Made by a program: the position numbers and the translations under genes. From positions 1-12,061 of the forward strand of contig JAEOUE010000059.1 in assembly GCA_016839515.1 (NCBI GenBank): 12,061 nucleotides of DNA, in the 5' to 3' direction. Every line of letters starts with the position of its first letter. Positions within the stretch are counted from its first letter, which is position 1. Shown in pieces: positions 1 through 7,652 of the stretch. This stretch comes from Candidatus Hodarchaeum mangrovi (GTDB lineage: Archaea; Asgardarchaeota; Heimdallarchaeia; Hodarchaeales; Hodarchaeaceae). Under the pieces are notes generated by a model. The model did no database searches, was not told where the DNA came from, and was given only the letters and a program-made list of their open reading frames with translations.

Positions 1-19
1 GAGTTAGGGATAGAGAAAT

Positions 20-301
20 CTAGTCTTCACCAATAGTAAGGAATTTTTGATCCTCATCGATCCTTTTAATCACTCTTTGATTTTTTTTAATCGATTGTAC
101 TAGAATAAGGCCATCAACTTCAAGTTGCATAAGCGCTTTATTTAATTCCCTCTCAGAAATTTCCCCAATGTCATTTTTAAGTAACCTAATTAAATCATCT
201 TCAAGAAGAACGCCTTCACGTCTTTCTACTATATTCATAATAGAGAAAGCTAGCGGAAATGGTCTCCAATAAGGATATTTGTCGTCTGATATTTTAATCA
301 C
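20..301 (-). CDS. Small winged-helix protein encoded directly downstream of cdc48 (conserved archaeal hypothetical)
   Basis: 93-aa ORF with GTG start (start uncertain). The pattern W-x3-PL...I...G...DL...L...ISERELNKALMQLEVDGLILV followed by a beta-hairpin (QSIKKNQRVIKRI) fits a winged-helix fold. It resembles the small proteins I recall following cdc48 in TACK archaea. Confidence 0.7.
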   Translation of the reverse strand: MIKISDDKYPYWRPFPLAFSIMNIVERREGVLLEDDLIRLLKNDIGEISERELNKALMQLEVDGLILVQSIKKNQRVIKRIDEDQKFLTIGED

Positions 302-405
302 CGAAGGTACTACTTTATAAGTTCATTTTAATTAGTTATAATGTTTAATGACCGTATTTAAGGTTTATATGTAAAATATACAATTGTTTTATGGATTGAT
401 CTATT

Positions 406-2586
406 CTACCCAAATAGTGGGATAGTTTGCTGAGAATCGATTCCAATACGTCTACGGAATTGTGATTCTTGATTTTCATACCACTTCATCATTTCTTGAG
501 TACATGAAGAATGCACTCGGGAAAGTGCAGCCTCAAAATGTCTCCACTCAACGAATTCACGTTCCTCTCGAAGAGCAAGCATTCCTGCTTCTCGACATAT
601 TGCTTCTAGGTCAGCACCAACATAAAATTCGGTTTCTTTCGCCAATCTATCAAGATTTACATCTTTAGAAAGAGGCATTTCATTTGTATGGATTTCAAGA
701 ATGACTTTTCTACTCTGTTCATCTGGTGGAGAAATGTACACAACACGATCAAACCGACCAGGACGTAATAGAGCAGGATCTATCATATCTGGTCTATTTG
801 TGGCAGCAAGTATTACTACATCTCGAAGTGGTTCGATACCGGCTAATTCAGTTAAAAGCTGACTAATTACACGCTCATTTACACCAGATGAATCGCCTGA
901 TCCTCTTCTAGCGGCCACAGCATCAATTTCGTCGAAGAAAATTAATGCTGGAGCGGCGATGCGTGCCTTCCTGAAAACTTCTCGAATAGCTTTTTCACTT
1001 TCTCCCACCCACTTTGATAGCAGCTCAGGACCTTTAACGCTCAAAAAATTCACTTTACTTTCAGTAGCAAGCGCTTTAGCTATTAATGTTTTACCAGTTC
1101 CCGGAGCCCCAAATAAAAGAACTGCACGAGGTGGATTTATACCTAATTGCTTGAATTTTTCCTTCTTCTTTAGGGGCCACTCCACTATTTCAATTAATTC
1201 TTGTTTTATTAAATCCATTCCCCCTATTTCTTCCCATCTAACATTAGGAATTTCTATAAATACTTCTCTGATAGCTGAAGGATGTATTTCTTTCAGAGCA
1301 GCTTCAAAGTGTCGATCTTCAACTTTTAAGTTATCAAGAACAGAAGGTGGAATTGTATCCTCACTTAAATTTATTTCTGGTAAAATCTCTCTCAACTTTT
1401 TCATTGCTGCTTCTCTTCCTAGAGCTGCCAAATCTGCCCCTACAAATCCATGTGTTATTACTGCAAGTTTTTCAATATCGACCTCTTCTATGCCTGGCAT
1501 TCTTCTAGTATGGATTTGTAAGATCTCTAATCTTTCATTTTTATCTGGAACTCCAATTTCTATTTCACGATCGAAACGTCCAGGTCTTCGTAATGCAGGA
1601 TCCACTGCGTTAGGACGATTAGTAGCACCAATAACAATTGTTTCTCCCCGACTCTCTAAACCATCCATTAAAGCTAAAATTTGTGCTACAACTCTTCTTT
1701 CAACTTCTCCTGTTACTTCCTCACGTTTAGGAGCGATTGCGTCAATTTCATCAATGAATATAATGCTGGGAGCATTATCTTCAGCTTCTTTAAAGATATC
1801 ACGTAATCTTTGTTCGCTTTCTCCATAGAATTTAGACATAATTTCAGGCCCTTGAATAGGTATAAAATGAGCTTCTGATTCGTTAGCCACTGCTTTAGCG
1901 ATTAAAGTTTTACCTGTACCAGGTGGACCATGTAATAAAACTCCTTTTGGTGGATCAATTCCTAATTTTTTAAACAATTCTGGATGTTTTAATGGTAACT
2001 CTACCATTTCACGAATTTTTTGAATTGCTTCTGATAACCCACCTATATCCTCATAACTTACTCCAGGCATGCCAGTTTCCATTTCAGAAACAGGTTTTTC
2101 TGAAACATTGAGCTTCGTTGTGTCGGTAATTAGAACAATTTCAGTTGGGGTTGTAGCATTTACGATAAAAGGAATTGAACGGCCTAAGATTGGGATTAAA
2201 ACAGTATCATTTTTAGATACAGGATAACCGAGGAGTTTTCGTTTGACAAAGGCTTCAAATCCATAATCTAAGGAAATTTGGCGTGTCGGAGCAATATTCA
2301 CAGTCTTAGCTACTTTTATTTGTGCTTTTCGAATACGTACATTTTCTTCCAATGAAACCTTGGCATTTCGTCGAATTATACCATCCATTCTAACAATTCC
2401 TGCCCCTTGATCTTCAATATATGCTGGCCAAGCAATTGCACCAGTTTTTTGTCGTCCTCTAATCTCGACAACGTCTCCTGTAGTAATTCCAATCTCTCGC
2501 ATGTTAATATCATCCATGCGTATTTTTCCCCGACCAACATCTCGTTGCCTAGCTTCAGCTACTTTCAACATTACTTCCTTTGACAA
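406..2586 (-). CDS. cdc48: Cdc48/p97/VCP family AAA+ ATPase (N domain + D1 + D2)
   Basis: N-domain start [20 protein letters not shown]1 has Walker A GPPGTGKT, Walker B IIFIDEID, pore loop MSKFYGESE and [15 protein letters not shown]2 has [25 protein letters not shown] and [10 protein letters not shown]. The track start (GTG 2646) adds 20 non-homologous residues over a TATA-like tract. TTG at 2586, preceded by AGGTTGA, is preferred; ATG at 2571 is an alternative. Confidence 0.97.
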   Translation of the reverse strand: MSKEVMLKVAEARQRDVGRGKIRMDDINMREIGITTGDVVEIRGRQKTGAIAWPAYIEDQGAGIVRMDGIIRRNAKVSLEENVRIRKAQIKVAKTVNIAPTRQISLDYGFEAFVKRKLLGYPVSKNDTVLIPILGRSIPFIVNATTPTEIVLITDTTKLNVSEKPVSEMETGMPGVSYEDIGGLSEAIQKIREMVELPLKHPELFKKLGIDPPKGVLLHGPPGTGKTLIAKAVANESEAHFIPIQGPEIMSKFYGESEQRLRDIFKEAEDNAPSIIFIDEIDAIAPKREEVTGEVERRVVAQILALMDGLESRGETIVIGATNRPNAVDPALRRPGRFDREIEIGVPDKNERLEILQIHTRRMPGIEEVDIEKLAVITHGFVGADLAALGREAAMKKLREILPEINLSEDTIPPSVLDNLKVEDRHFEAALKEIHPSAIREVFIEIPNVRWEEIGGMDLIKQELIEIVEWPLKKKEKFKQLGINPPRAVLLFGAPGTGKTLIAKALATESKVNFLSVKGPELLSKWVGESEKAIREVFRKARIAAPALIFFDEIDAVAARRGSGDSSGVNERVISQLLTELAGIEPLRDVVILAATNRPDMIDPALLRPGRFDRVVYISPPDEQSRKVILEIHTNEMPLSKDVNLDRLAKETEFYVGADLEAICREAGMLALREEREFVEWRHFEAALSRVHSSCTQEMMKWYENQESQFRRRIGIDSQQTIPLFG

Positions 2587-2756
2587 ATTTCTCAACCTGC
2601 TTGTGGATCTGAAGACATCAAATATACTATAATAGTATAAATTCACTGTTACTTTAAATTTAATTCTAATTTATTTCGTCAATATTTAAGGATTTATGAT
2701 ATGAAACTCAATATTCATCCTTCCCCACTGGATTCCACTCCGAATTGATTTATTTA

Positions 2757-3044
2757 TTAATAATCTATAATCGTTTGACGCTCAATTTCACAGTTATCCA
2801 CATCATCAAGTTCAAGAAGACGATCCTCAAACAATTGTAGAGTTGCTGTTCCTTCATCTGAATCAGACGTTTTCACATATAGCTTTATGGCAATTAAACC
2901 AAAAAAAAGAGGTTCTTCTTCTCTCTTCAATATCTCGATCTCAAGTCCACTAATTAAGTCTTCTTGGGCTCGTTTAACAATTGCTTCTCTATCTACTTCT
3001 GGTGAAGTAGGAATAACCTTCAATATTGATAAAACATTTGACAT
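2757..3044 (-). CDS. ef1b: Archaeal translation elongation factor 1-beta
   Basis: 95 aa, acidic. Carries N-terminal V..LKVIP.SPEVD and the signature EEPLFFGLIAIKL (aEF-1beta EP(I/L)AFGL motif). It sits next to the Zn-ribbon gene, as is typical in archaea. Confidence 0.93.
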   Translation of the reverse strand: MSNVLSILKVIPTSPEVDREAIVKRAQEDLISGLEIEILKREEEPLFFGLIAIKLYVKTSDSDEGTATLQLFEDRLLELDDVDNCEIERQTIIDY

Positions 3045-3108
3045 GATTTTTTCCTCTGGTATTCCAAGAATATATCAAAAAATTATAGATATCCTTAGGA
3101 GAAAAATT

Positions 3109-3291
3109 TTAAGGCCCCTCAAATTCACAATTTGGACATTTATATCTGTTACCCAGTTTTCGACAGCGTTCACAACGAATTATTGTGATCATTCCACAAT
3201 TTGGACATAGAAATTTAGTTGTACCATGTTCACTGGGCATAACCGCAACTTGACAAGGATTACATCTCTGCATTCGGATGGTTTCACTCAT
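3109..3291 (-). CDS. Small double Zn-ribbon protein (DUF1610 / HVO_2753-like, predicted RNA-binding)
   Basis: 60 aa with four CxxC pairs (CNPC, CPNC, CERC, CPNC) and the family C-terminus YKCPNCEFEGP. An SD-like GAGG lies upstream, and the gene is in its canonical position before ef1b. Confidence 0.92.
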   Translation of the reverse strand: MSETIRMQRCNPCQVAVMPSEHGTTKFLCPNCGMITIIRCERCRKLGNRYKCPNCEFEGP

Positions 3292-3535
3292 AAAATCGAC
3301 CTCACAGTCTAAATCCCTCTAAAAAAGAAATCATAATAAAGCCTTCTCAACATTATTGAATTTTCAACCACATATGATAAGTCAGATTTATTCTCTCAGA
3401 AGTGAGAAGAAAGGATAATGATTGATATCAAAAATAAAATCATCTGAAATTATAATTATAAAATTTTGGTGCTTAAAAATGAAGAAGATGATCAGATTAT
3501 AGAATTTCTAATAATTCATTTAAAATGTGATCGAA

Positions 3536-3955
3536 ATGGCAGCTTTTGGACATTTAACCTCTAAGAGATCTGAGGATATTTCATCAACTGAAAAAATACA
3601 GAAAATATTAGATGAATTAGGAGCGAATATGGGTGTAAAAAAGGCGCTCCTAGTAAGTGAAGAAGGTTTTCCTATTATGTCAGCACGTACAGCTCCAATA
3701 ACAGATGAGATCGAGACTTTAGTGTCTGCCATGGTTGCAGGAATAGTAAGTACATTCTCTGGAGCATGTATTCAGCTTGATCTTGGGAGTGATATTGAAT
3801 ATATAAATGTTAAAACCCCTTTAGGTTTAGGATTAATGTGTAGTGTTGGGGCAACTATTCTAGTGTTAATCACTAGTAGCGATGTGAGAATCGGGTTGAT
3901 GCAATACCTTCTTTCAACAAATCGAGAAAAAATGCTAAAAGTACGCGATTTTTAA
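3536..3955 (+). CDS. Roadblock/LC7 (MglB/LAMTOR-like) domain protein
   Basis: Motif run IQKILDEL...GVKKALLVSEEGFPIMS...LVSAMVAGIVS...LDLGSDIEYINVKTPLG...ILVLITSSDVRIGLM matches the Roadblock alpha-beta-beta-alpha-beta-beta-beta-alpha pattern. ATG 3536 is preceded by SD-like GTGATC (the track uses GTG 3527). Confidence 0.88.
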   Translation: MAAFGHLTSKRSEDISSTEKIQKILDELGANMGVKKALLVSEEGFPIMSARTAPITDEIETLVSAMVAGIVSTFSGACIQLDLGSDIEYINVKTPLGLGLMCSVGATILVLITSSDVRIGLMQYLLSTNREKMLKVRDF

Positions 3956-4103
3956 TATTTACACAAATTTTATTTCTATGTTTCAAAAACGTAAATTTCT
4001 TATTTCTACGAAATTTAAAAAAGTTTAATAATTCCTTAAAAGGTCATTCATTAATAGTCAAGTCATAATACCTCGATCAATAATCTAGACATAATAGGTG
4101 ATT

Positions 4104-4565
4104 ATGAAATTGACTCTTAAAGAAACTAATTTGATTTTAAGGACAATAAAATGTCCAACAGGTATGGAACCAATTTGTATCCTTGATCCAGATCACCCTT
4201 GTTGTGAAGACATACCTAGAGAAACCATTGGTTTTGATAATGGAGAATTAATTCGTCAAGGAAATTCTGCGATTGTTTCACTTAAAATTTCTTTTAATGA
4301 TCCTGTGGAAGAATTTATTTTTGAAAGAATAAGAAACGAATTGTGGAGAGAACCAGGTTCAAAAGTTAAAGTGATTCGTGCTCCTGAAGAAGGGTATGCT
4401 ATATCATTTTTTTTAAATACTGAAATGGTTAAGACCAAAGAACAAAGAGAAGCTTTAATAACATATTGGATGAATTTTGAAGTTAATTTGAGACAAGTTC
4501 TTACTGATGGTAAAATGGTTATTAATAAATTTGTTCGGAGTCGATCAGATATTTGTCGTTTCTGA
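4104..4565 (+). CDS. ARPC4-like protein (homolog of Arp2/3 complex subunit 4, p20-Arc)
   Basis: NSAIVSLKISFNDPVEEFIFERIRNELWREPGSKVKVIRAPEEGYAISF aligns ungapped with human ARPC4 as recalled ([49 protein letters not shown]). Identities are NS..VS, D..E and R.P.EGY.ISF. The C-terminal long helix (F...L...L...KMVINKFVR vs F...I...I...KLSVNARAR) also matches, and the size is similar. ATG 4104 follows SD AGGTGAT (the track uses GTG 4098). Confidence 0.82.
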   Translation: MKLTLKETNLILRTIKCPTGMEPICILDPDHPCCEDIPRETIGFDNGELIRQGNSAIVSLKISFNDPVEEFIFERIRNELWREPGSKVKVIRAPEEGYAISFFLNTEMVKTKEQREALITYWMNFEVNLRQVLTDGKMVINKFVRSRSDICRF

Positions 4566-4584
4566 TATCTCTTTCAAAAATCTG

Positions 4585-4600
4585 AAAAAAAAAGAAAAAA
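4585..4600 (-). terminator. Oligo-T tract (possible archaeal terminator) inside a 9-bp inverted repeat
   Basis: The minus strand reads TTTTTTCTTTTTTTTT. It is flanked by AATCTGAAA (4579-4587) and TTTCAGATT (4608-4616). Confidence 0.35.
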
Positions 4601-4876
4601 GGGATTATTTCAGATTATAATGAAATGAGGAGGCATCAATGTAAATATTCACATCATTGCTATTTATAATATTATCCTATCTGATACTAAATCAAATAGG
4701 ATCAGGTGAATTCATGTTGGGAACATTTGAAGTATCAGGGTCATAGTAAATTGTTACTGACCATATCCATTGGGCGCTTAAAAATTCCCCTCTGGTTAAA
4801 ATGACAAAAAGTATACTAAAAGAATAAAATTCACCATATTTTTGTTGAAAAGGGCAAGCTAGTAACTTAGGACCAG

Positions 4877-4897
4877 AAAAAAGAAAAAAAAAGAAAA
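4877..4897 (-). terminator. Oligo-T terminator of the pilin gene
   Basis: The minus strand reads TTTTCTTTTTTTTTCTTTTTT, starting about 12 nt after the pilin stop codon, which is typical of archaeal U-tract termination. Confidence 0.6.
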
Positions 4898-4909
4898 TCG
4901 GTGTGTTTA

Positions 4910-5332
4910 TTACGAAACAGTTAAAGGCAATACAAGATCCTCTTGGACTTCTCCCTCGACAGAGAATTTAACGGTAATTACCCAATTTCCAGCAGTAAGG
5001 GCTTCTGCGAATGTATAATCTTTTATTTGGGCACCTCCTCCAATGACGTTAAAGCCAATGAATGTAAAATTCGCATAGACTCCACCATTCGAAATAGTAA
5101 TATTTGTGACGGATGCATCCTTTACACCATCATTTCTCAAGGCAATATGAGCTCCAGTTGCAGAGAGAGTGGTTGATTCATCGAACACCAATGAACCACC
5201 AGGAGCTGAGATCATTGGTAGCACAACTACAAATAATACAGCTCCAGCTGCAACAGCAAGACCAATTAATAGAATTGCAGCGATGATAGGACTAACTGCT
5301 CTTCTTTTACGTATAATTCGTGGCATCTTCAA
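4910..5332 (-). CDS. Archaeal type IV pilin-like protein with class III signal peptide
   Basis: Basic leader MKMPRIIRKRRA, a PibD/FlaK-type cleavage site RA|VSPIIAAILLIGLAVAAGAVLF, then a small beta-rich domain (IALRNDG..DASVTNITI) with sequons NIT and NFT. SD GGAGG lies at 5343-5347 before TTG 5332; ATG 5326 is an alternative start. Confidence 0.9.
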   Translation of the reverse strand: MKMPRIIRKRRAVSPIIAAILLIGLAVAAGAVLFVVVLPMISAPGGSLVFDESTTLSATGAHIALRNDGVKDASVTNITISNGGVYANFTFIGFNVIGGGAQIKDYTFAEALTAGNWVITVKFSVEGEVQEDLVLPLTVS

Positions 5333-5429
5333 GGTTTATTTTCCTCCAAACAATTTCTTTATAATTTAAATAACATTATATGCTTTTTTTGTTGTTTATG
5401 CATTTGTGAACTAATTATATTGATATGAC

Positions 5430-5450
5430 TATTTAAATAATTTTTTTTCC
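5430..5450 (-). promoter_or_regulatory. Putative BRE-TATA promoter of the pilin gene
   Basis: The minus strand reads GGAAAAAAAA-TTATTTAAATA, a purine-rich BRE-like run followed by a TATA-like box, about 100 nt upstream of the start. The AT-rich background lowers specificity. Confidence 0.4.
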
Positions 5451-5507
5451 GAGAGATTACTAAAAGCAGTTTTTCTTTTAATACAGCGAGAACTAACATT
5501 CATTGTT

Positions 5508-6020
5508 TTAAAAAGTGTTTTTACGAAGGATTTCAATTTCCTTTTGTAGTTTAATTAATGTTTGAGGTAGAGTTTCTACCATAACCCGTGTTCCAAGTAT
5601 TTCCAAGAAATTATAGTCTCCAAAGTAGCGAGGAACTATATGCCAATGGATATGACGAACACTAGCTCCTGAAACATTCCCAATATTTAAGCCAATGTTA
5701 AATCCTAAGGGAAAATGAGTTTTTTTTAATAGTTTTATTGAACTTTGAATTAAAATAGTTAAATGACTGGAAAGGGAGGCAGATAACATATCGAATTCTT
5801 CAAAGTGATCAAGTGGAACTATAAGGAGATGTCCAGGATTATATGGATATTTATTTAATAAAATCATCGCTTGGTCATCTCTAAAAACCTCCCAAGCAGT
5901 AAAGCTTTTGTTCTTATTCGCTATTGCGCATAAGATACATTCATTTGAATCTTTCTTTTTTCTAACATACTCAGCTTTCCAAGGAGCTGCAAGATAGCTT
6001 TCAAATGGAGATTTTTTCAT
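5508..6020 (-). CDS. HIT family nucleotide hydrolase (FHIT/Ap4A phosphorylase-like)
   Basis: Contains APW..EYV, CILC, LNKYPYNPGHLLIVP, GFNIGLNIG.VSGASV and the histidine triad HIHWHIVPR. Confidence 0.95.
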   Translation of the reverse strand: MKKSPFESYLAAPWKAEYVRKKKDSNECILCAIANKNKSFTAWEVFRDDQAMILLNKYPYNPGHLLIVPLDHFEEFDMLSASLSSHLTILIQSSIKLLKKTHFPLGFNIGLNIGNVSGASVRHIHWHIVPRYFGDYNFLEILGTRVMVETLPQTLIKLQKEIEILRKNTF

Positions 6021-6171
6021 TTATTTTTCCTCAATTTATCACTATTCTATTTTAAATATAAAATAGTATTTGATTGTCTCTTGAAATAAATAAGCTGATT
6101 GCGGTTTATTGTTTCAGAAAGGTTTTTTTTGAACAACCACAATTAAAGGAATAAACAGGTGTAACTAAATA

Positions 6172-7650
6172 ATGCTCTGGTCAAGACACATTCCATTGAG
6201 TATTTTCCTTCTTTTGAGTATTTTAATCAGTGGATTTTGTGTTCTAAATTCCAAAACACTACAAATTATGAATTCTAAGGCACAAGAGGATAAAAACGTT
6301 AATATAGCCATATTTTTTGGATCAGATCGTGATAAAAAGCTTGGAGAGGAGTTGATTAAAGATTTAGATGGGAAAATTTCATTTTATAACATCTCCTCTG
6401 TTCTTACCAATGAATCTTTTGGGTTGGATAATACTAGTATCACAGCTGTTTGGTGGTTGAATGAACTCCTTCTTCCAATAGACTTCTCTATTTTTGGAGA
6501 TATAGCCCAATGGATAAAGGAAGGAAGAGGTATATTTATTTTGAATCAATTCTTTCAAAAAACGCCACTTCAAGAATTAAGACAAATAGGTATTGAATCA
6601 TATAGTCCTTTTATTTATCCCTTAAACCAAGATGAAACACAACTTGACCTAAAATTAAACAAAGACGCCCAATCAATGTTAAACATTAGTTTAGAAGAAA
6701 TAGAATTCAATGGTAGCTGCGGATGGGTACAGCTAAATAATCAAACAACAATACTGGCAGAAATTCCTTTACCAATAGAAATTCCTCTGAATAATCATCT
6801 TACATCTGGAATATGGTTACACGGATCTAAAATTGTCGTAGGAAGTTTTTCTCTAAGATTTGATCAAGCAATAAATAGTATGTATTCCCTTCTCGGAATC
6901 CATAATGTAATGGAATATACAATAATCGACATCATCCGACAATCAGCTCTTCTTTCTATTTCAGATATACCTACCGGAGCACATCTTCAATTAACCGGAT
7001 TTGAATATATATTTAATGTTGCTATATTGTCTATTGGGATAATTTTCGCAATATTTCTATCAATAAAACTAGGAATCCTCTCTAAGCTGAATGAGCTAAT
7101 TTTTGGTTTATTTACTGGTTTTATTTTCTTTATCGCTCATGTTACCTATTCACCTCAGAGAAGAAGAATCAGTGAGGAAGAATTACTAGATAATGAGCTA
7201 AGAGGATCAATTGTCGATTATCTAGAATTAAAAGGAGGGCAAGGAGCTCATCTCAGAGAAATTCAAAGGGAATTAGGCTGTGGAATCTCTACCCTACTTT
7301 GGCATTTACAAGCACTGGATGATTTTAATTTTGTAACCCATGAAAAAATTGGAAAATACCATATTTTCTATATTACAGGAGAAAAATCTATTCAAACTTC
7401 AGAAATAGCGTTAGCATTGAAAAGTGATGTAGCAAAAGATTTATGTAGATTATTAATTAGAAAAAAGAAGCCTGTTTCTTTGTCGAAGATTTCTCGTGAA
7501 ATATCTGTCCATCATTCTAGTGTTCAGCATCATATAAAGAAATTATTGGATTTAGAGGTCATTTTATTAATAAAAGAAAAGAAAAGGTCATATTATGGAG
7601 TCAATCCTAAACAAATTCGTTGGTTAAAAGATCACTTGGAGATTGCGTAA
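6172..7650 (+). CDS. Membrane-anchored transcriptional regulator: signal peptide, extracellular alpha/beta domain, TM region, tandem winged-HTH (COG3398-like)
   Basis: N-terminal hydrophobic signal, then a domain of about 250 aa with six N-x-S/T sequons (NIS, NES, NTS, NIS, NGS, NQT). Hydrophobic segments are YIFNVAILSIGIIFAIFLSI and LIFGLFTGFIFFIAHV. HTH1 is LLDNELRGSIVDYL...HLREIQRELGCGISTLLWHLQAL and HTH2 is SLSKISREISVHHSSVQHHIKKL. SD AGGTG lies upstream. Confidence 0.85.
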   Translation: MLWSRHIPLSIFLLLSILISGFCVLNSKTLQIMNSKAQEDKNVNIAIFFGSDRDKKLGEELIKDLDGKISFYNISSVLTNESFGLDNTSITAVWWLNELLLPIDFSIFGDIAQWIKEGRGIFILNQFFQKTPLQELRQIGIESYSPFIYPLNQDETQLDLKLNKDAQSMLNISLEEIEFNGSCGWVQLNNQTTILAEIPLPIEIPLNNHLTSGIWLHGSKIVVGSFSLRFDQAINSMYSLLGIHNVMEYTIIDIIRQSALLSISDIPTGAHLQLTGFEYIFNVAILSIGIIFAIFLSIKLGILSKLNELIFGLFTGFIFFIAHVTYSPQRRRISEEELLDNELRGSIVDYLELKGGQGAHLREIQRELGCGISTLLWHLQALDDFNFVTHEKIGKYHIFYITGEKSIQTSEIALALKSDVAKDLCRLLIRKKKPVSLSKISREISVHHSSVQHHIKKLLDLEVILLIKEKKRSYYGVNPKQIRWLKDHLEIA

Positions 7651-7652
7651 TA

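Noticed and set aside
959-1828. 289-aa plus-strand ORF (and 462..668)
   Set aside because: Entirely antisense to the highly conserved cdc48. The Ser/Ile-rich composition is typical of a shadow frame, and no motifs are present.
2587-2646. N-terminal extension of Cdc48 given by the ORF track
   Set aside because: Non-homologous sequence overlapping a TATA-like tract. A downstream TTG/ATG with an SD-like motif gives the normal N-domain start.
2887-3210. 107-aa plus-strand ORF
   Set aside because: Antisense overlap of ef1b and the Zn-ribbon gene, both of which are well supported.
3536-3955. Idea that the gene next to the ARPC4-like gene is a profilin
   Set aside because: The folds are related, but the motifs (LVSxEGFPI, SAMxA, terminal IGLM helix) are Roadblock/MglB-type, not profilin-type.
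4551-4565. Possible CaaX prenylation motif at the ARPC4-like C-terminus (DICRF)
   Set aside because: The Cys is third from the end, not fourth, so it does not fit CaaX.
4910-5332. Calling the class III signal peptide protein an archaellin
   Set aside because: It is short, has a pilin-type AVSPII N-terminus rather than the archaellin G(I)GTLIVFIAMVLVAA pattern, and has no arl accessory genes nearby.
3520-5369. Short ORFs 3520..3732(-), 4256..4438(-), 4943..5176(+), 5169..5369(+)
   Set aside because: Antisense shadows of the Roadblock, ARPC4-like and pilin genes.
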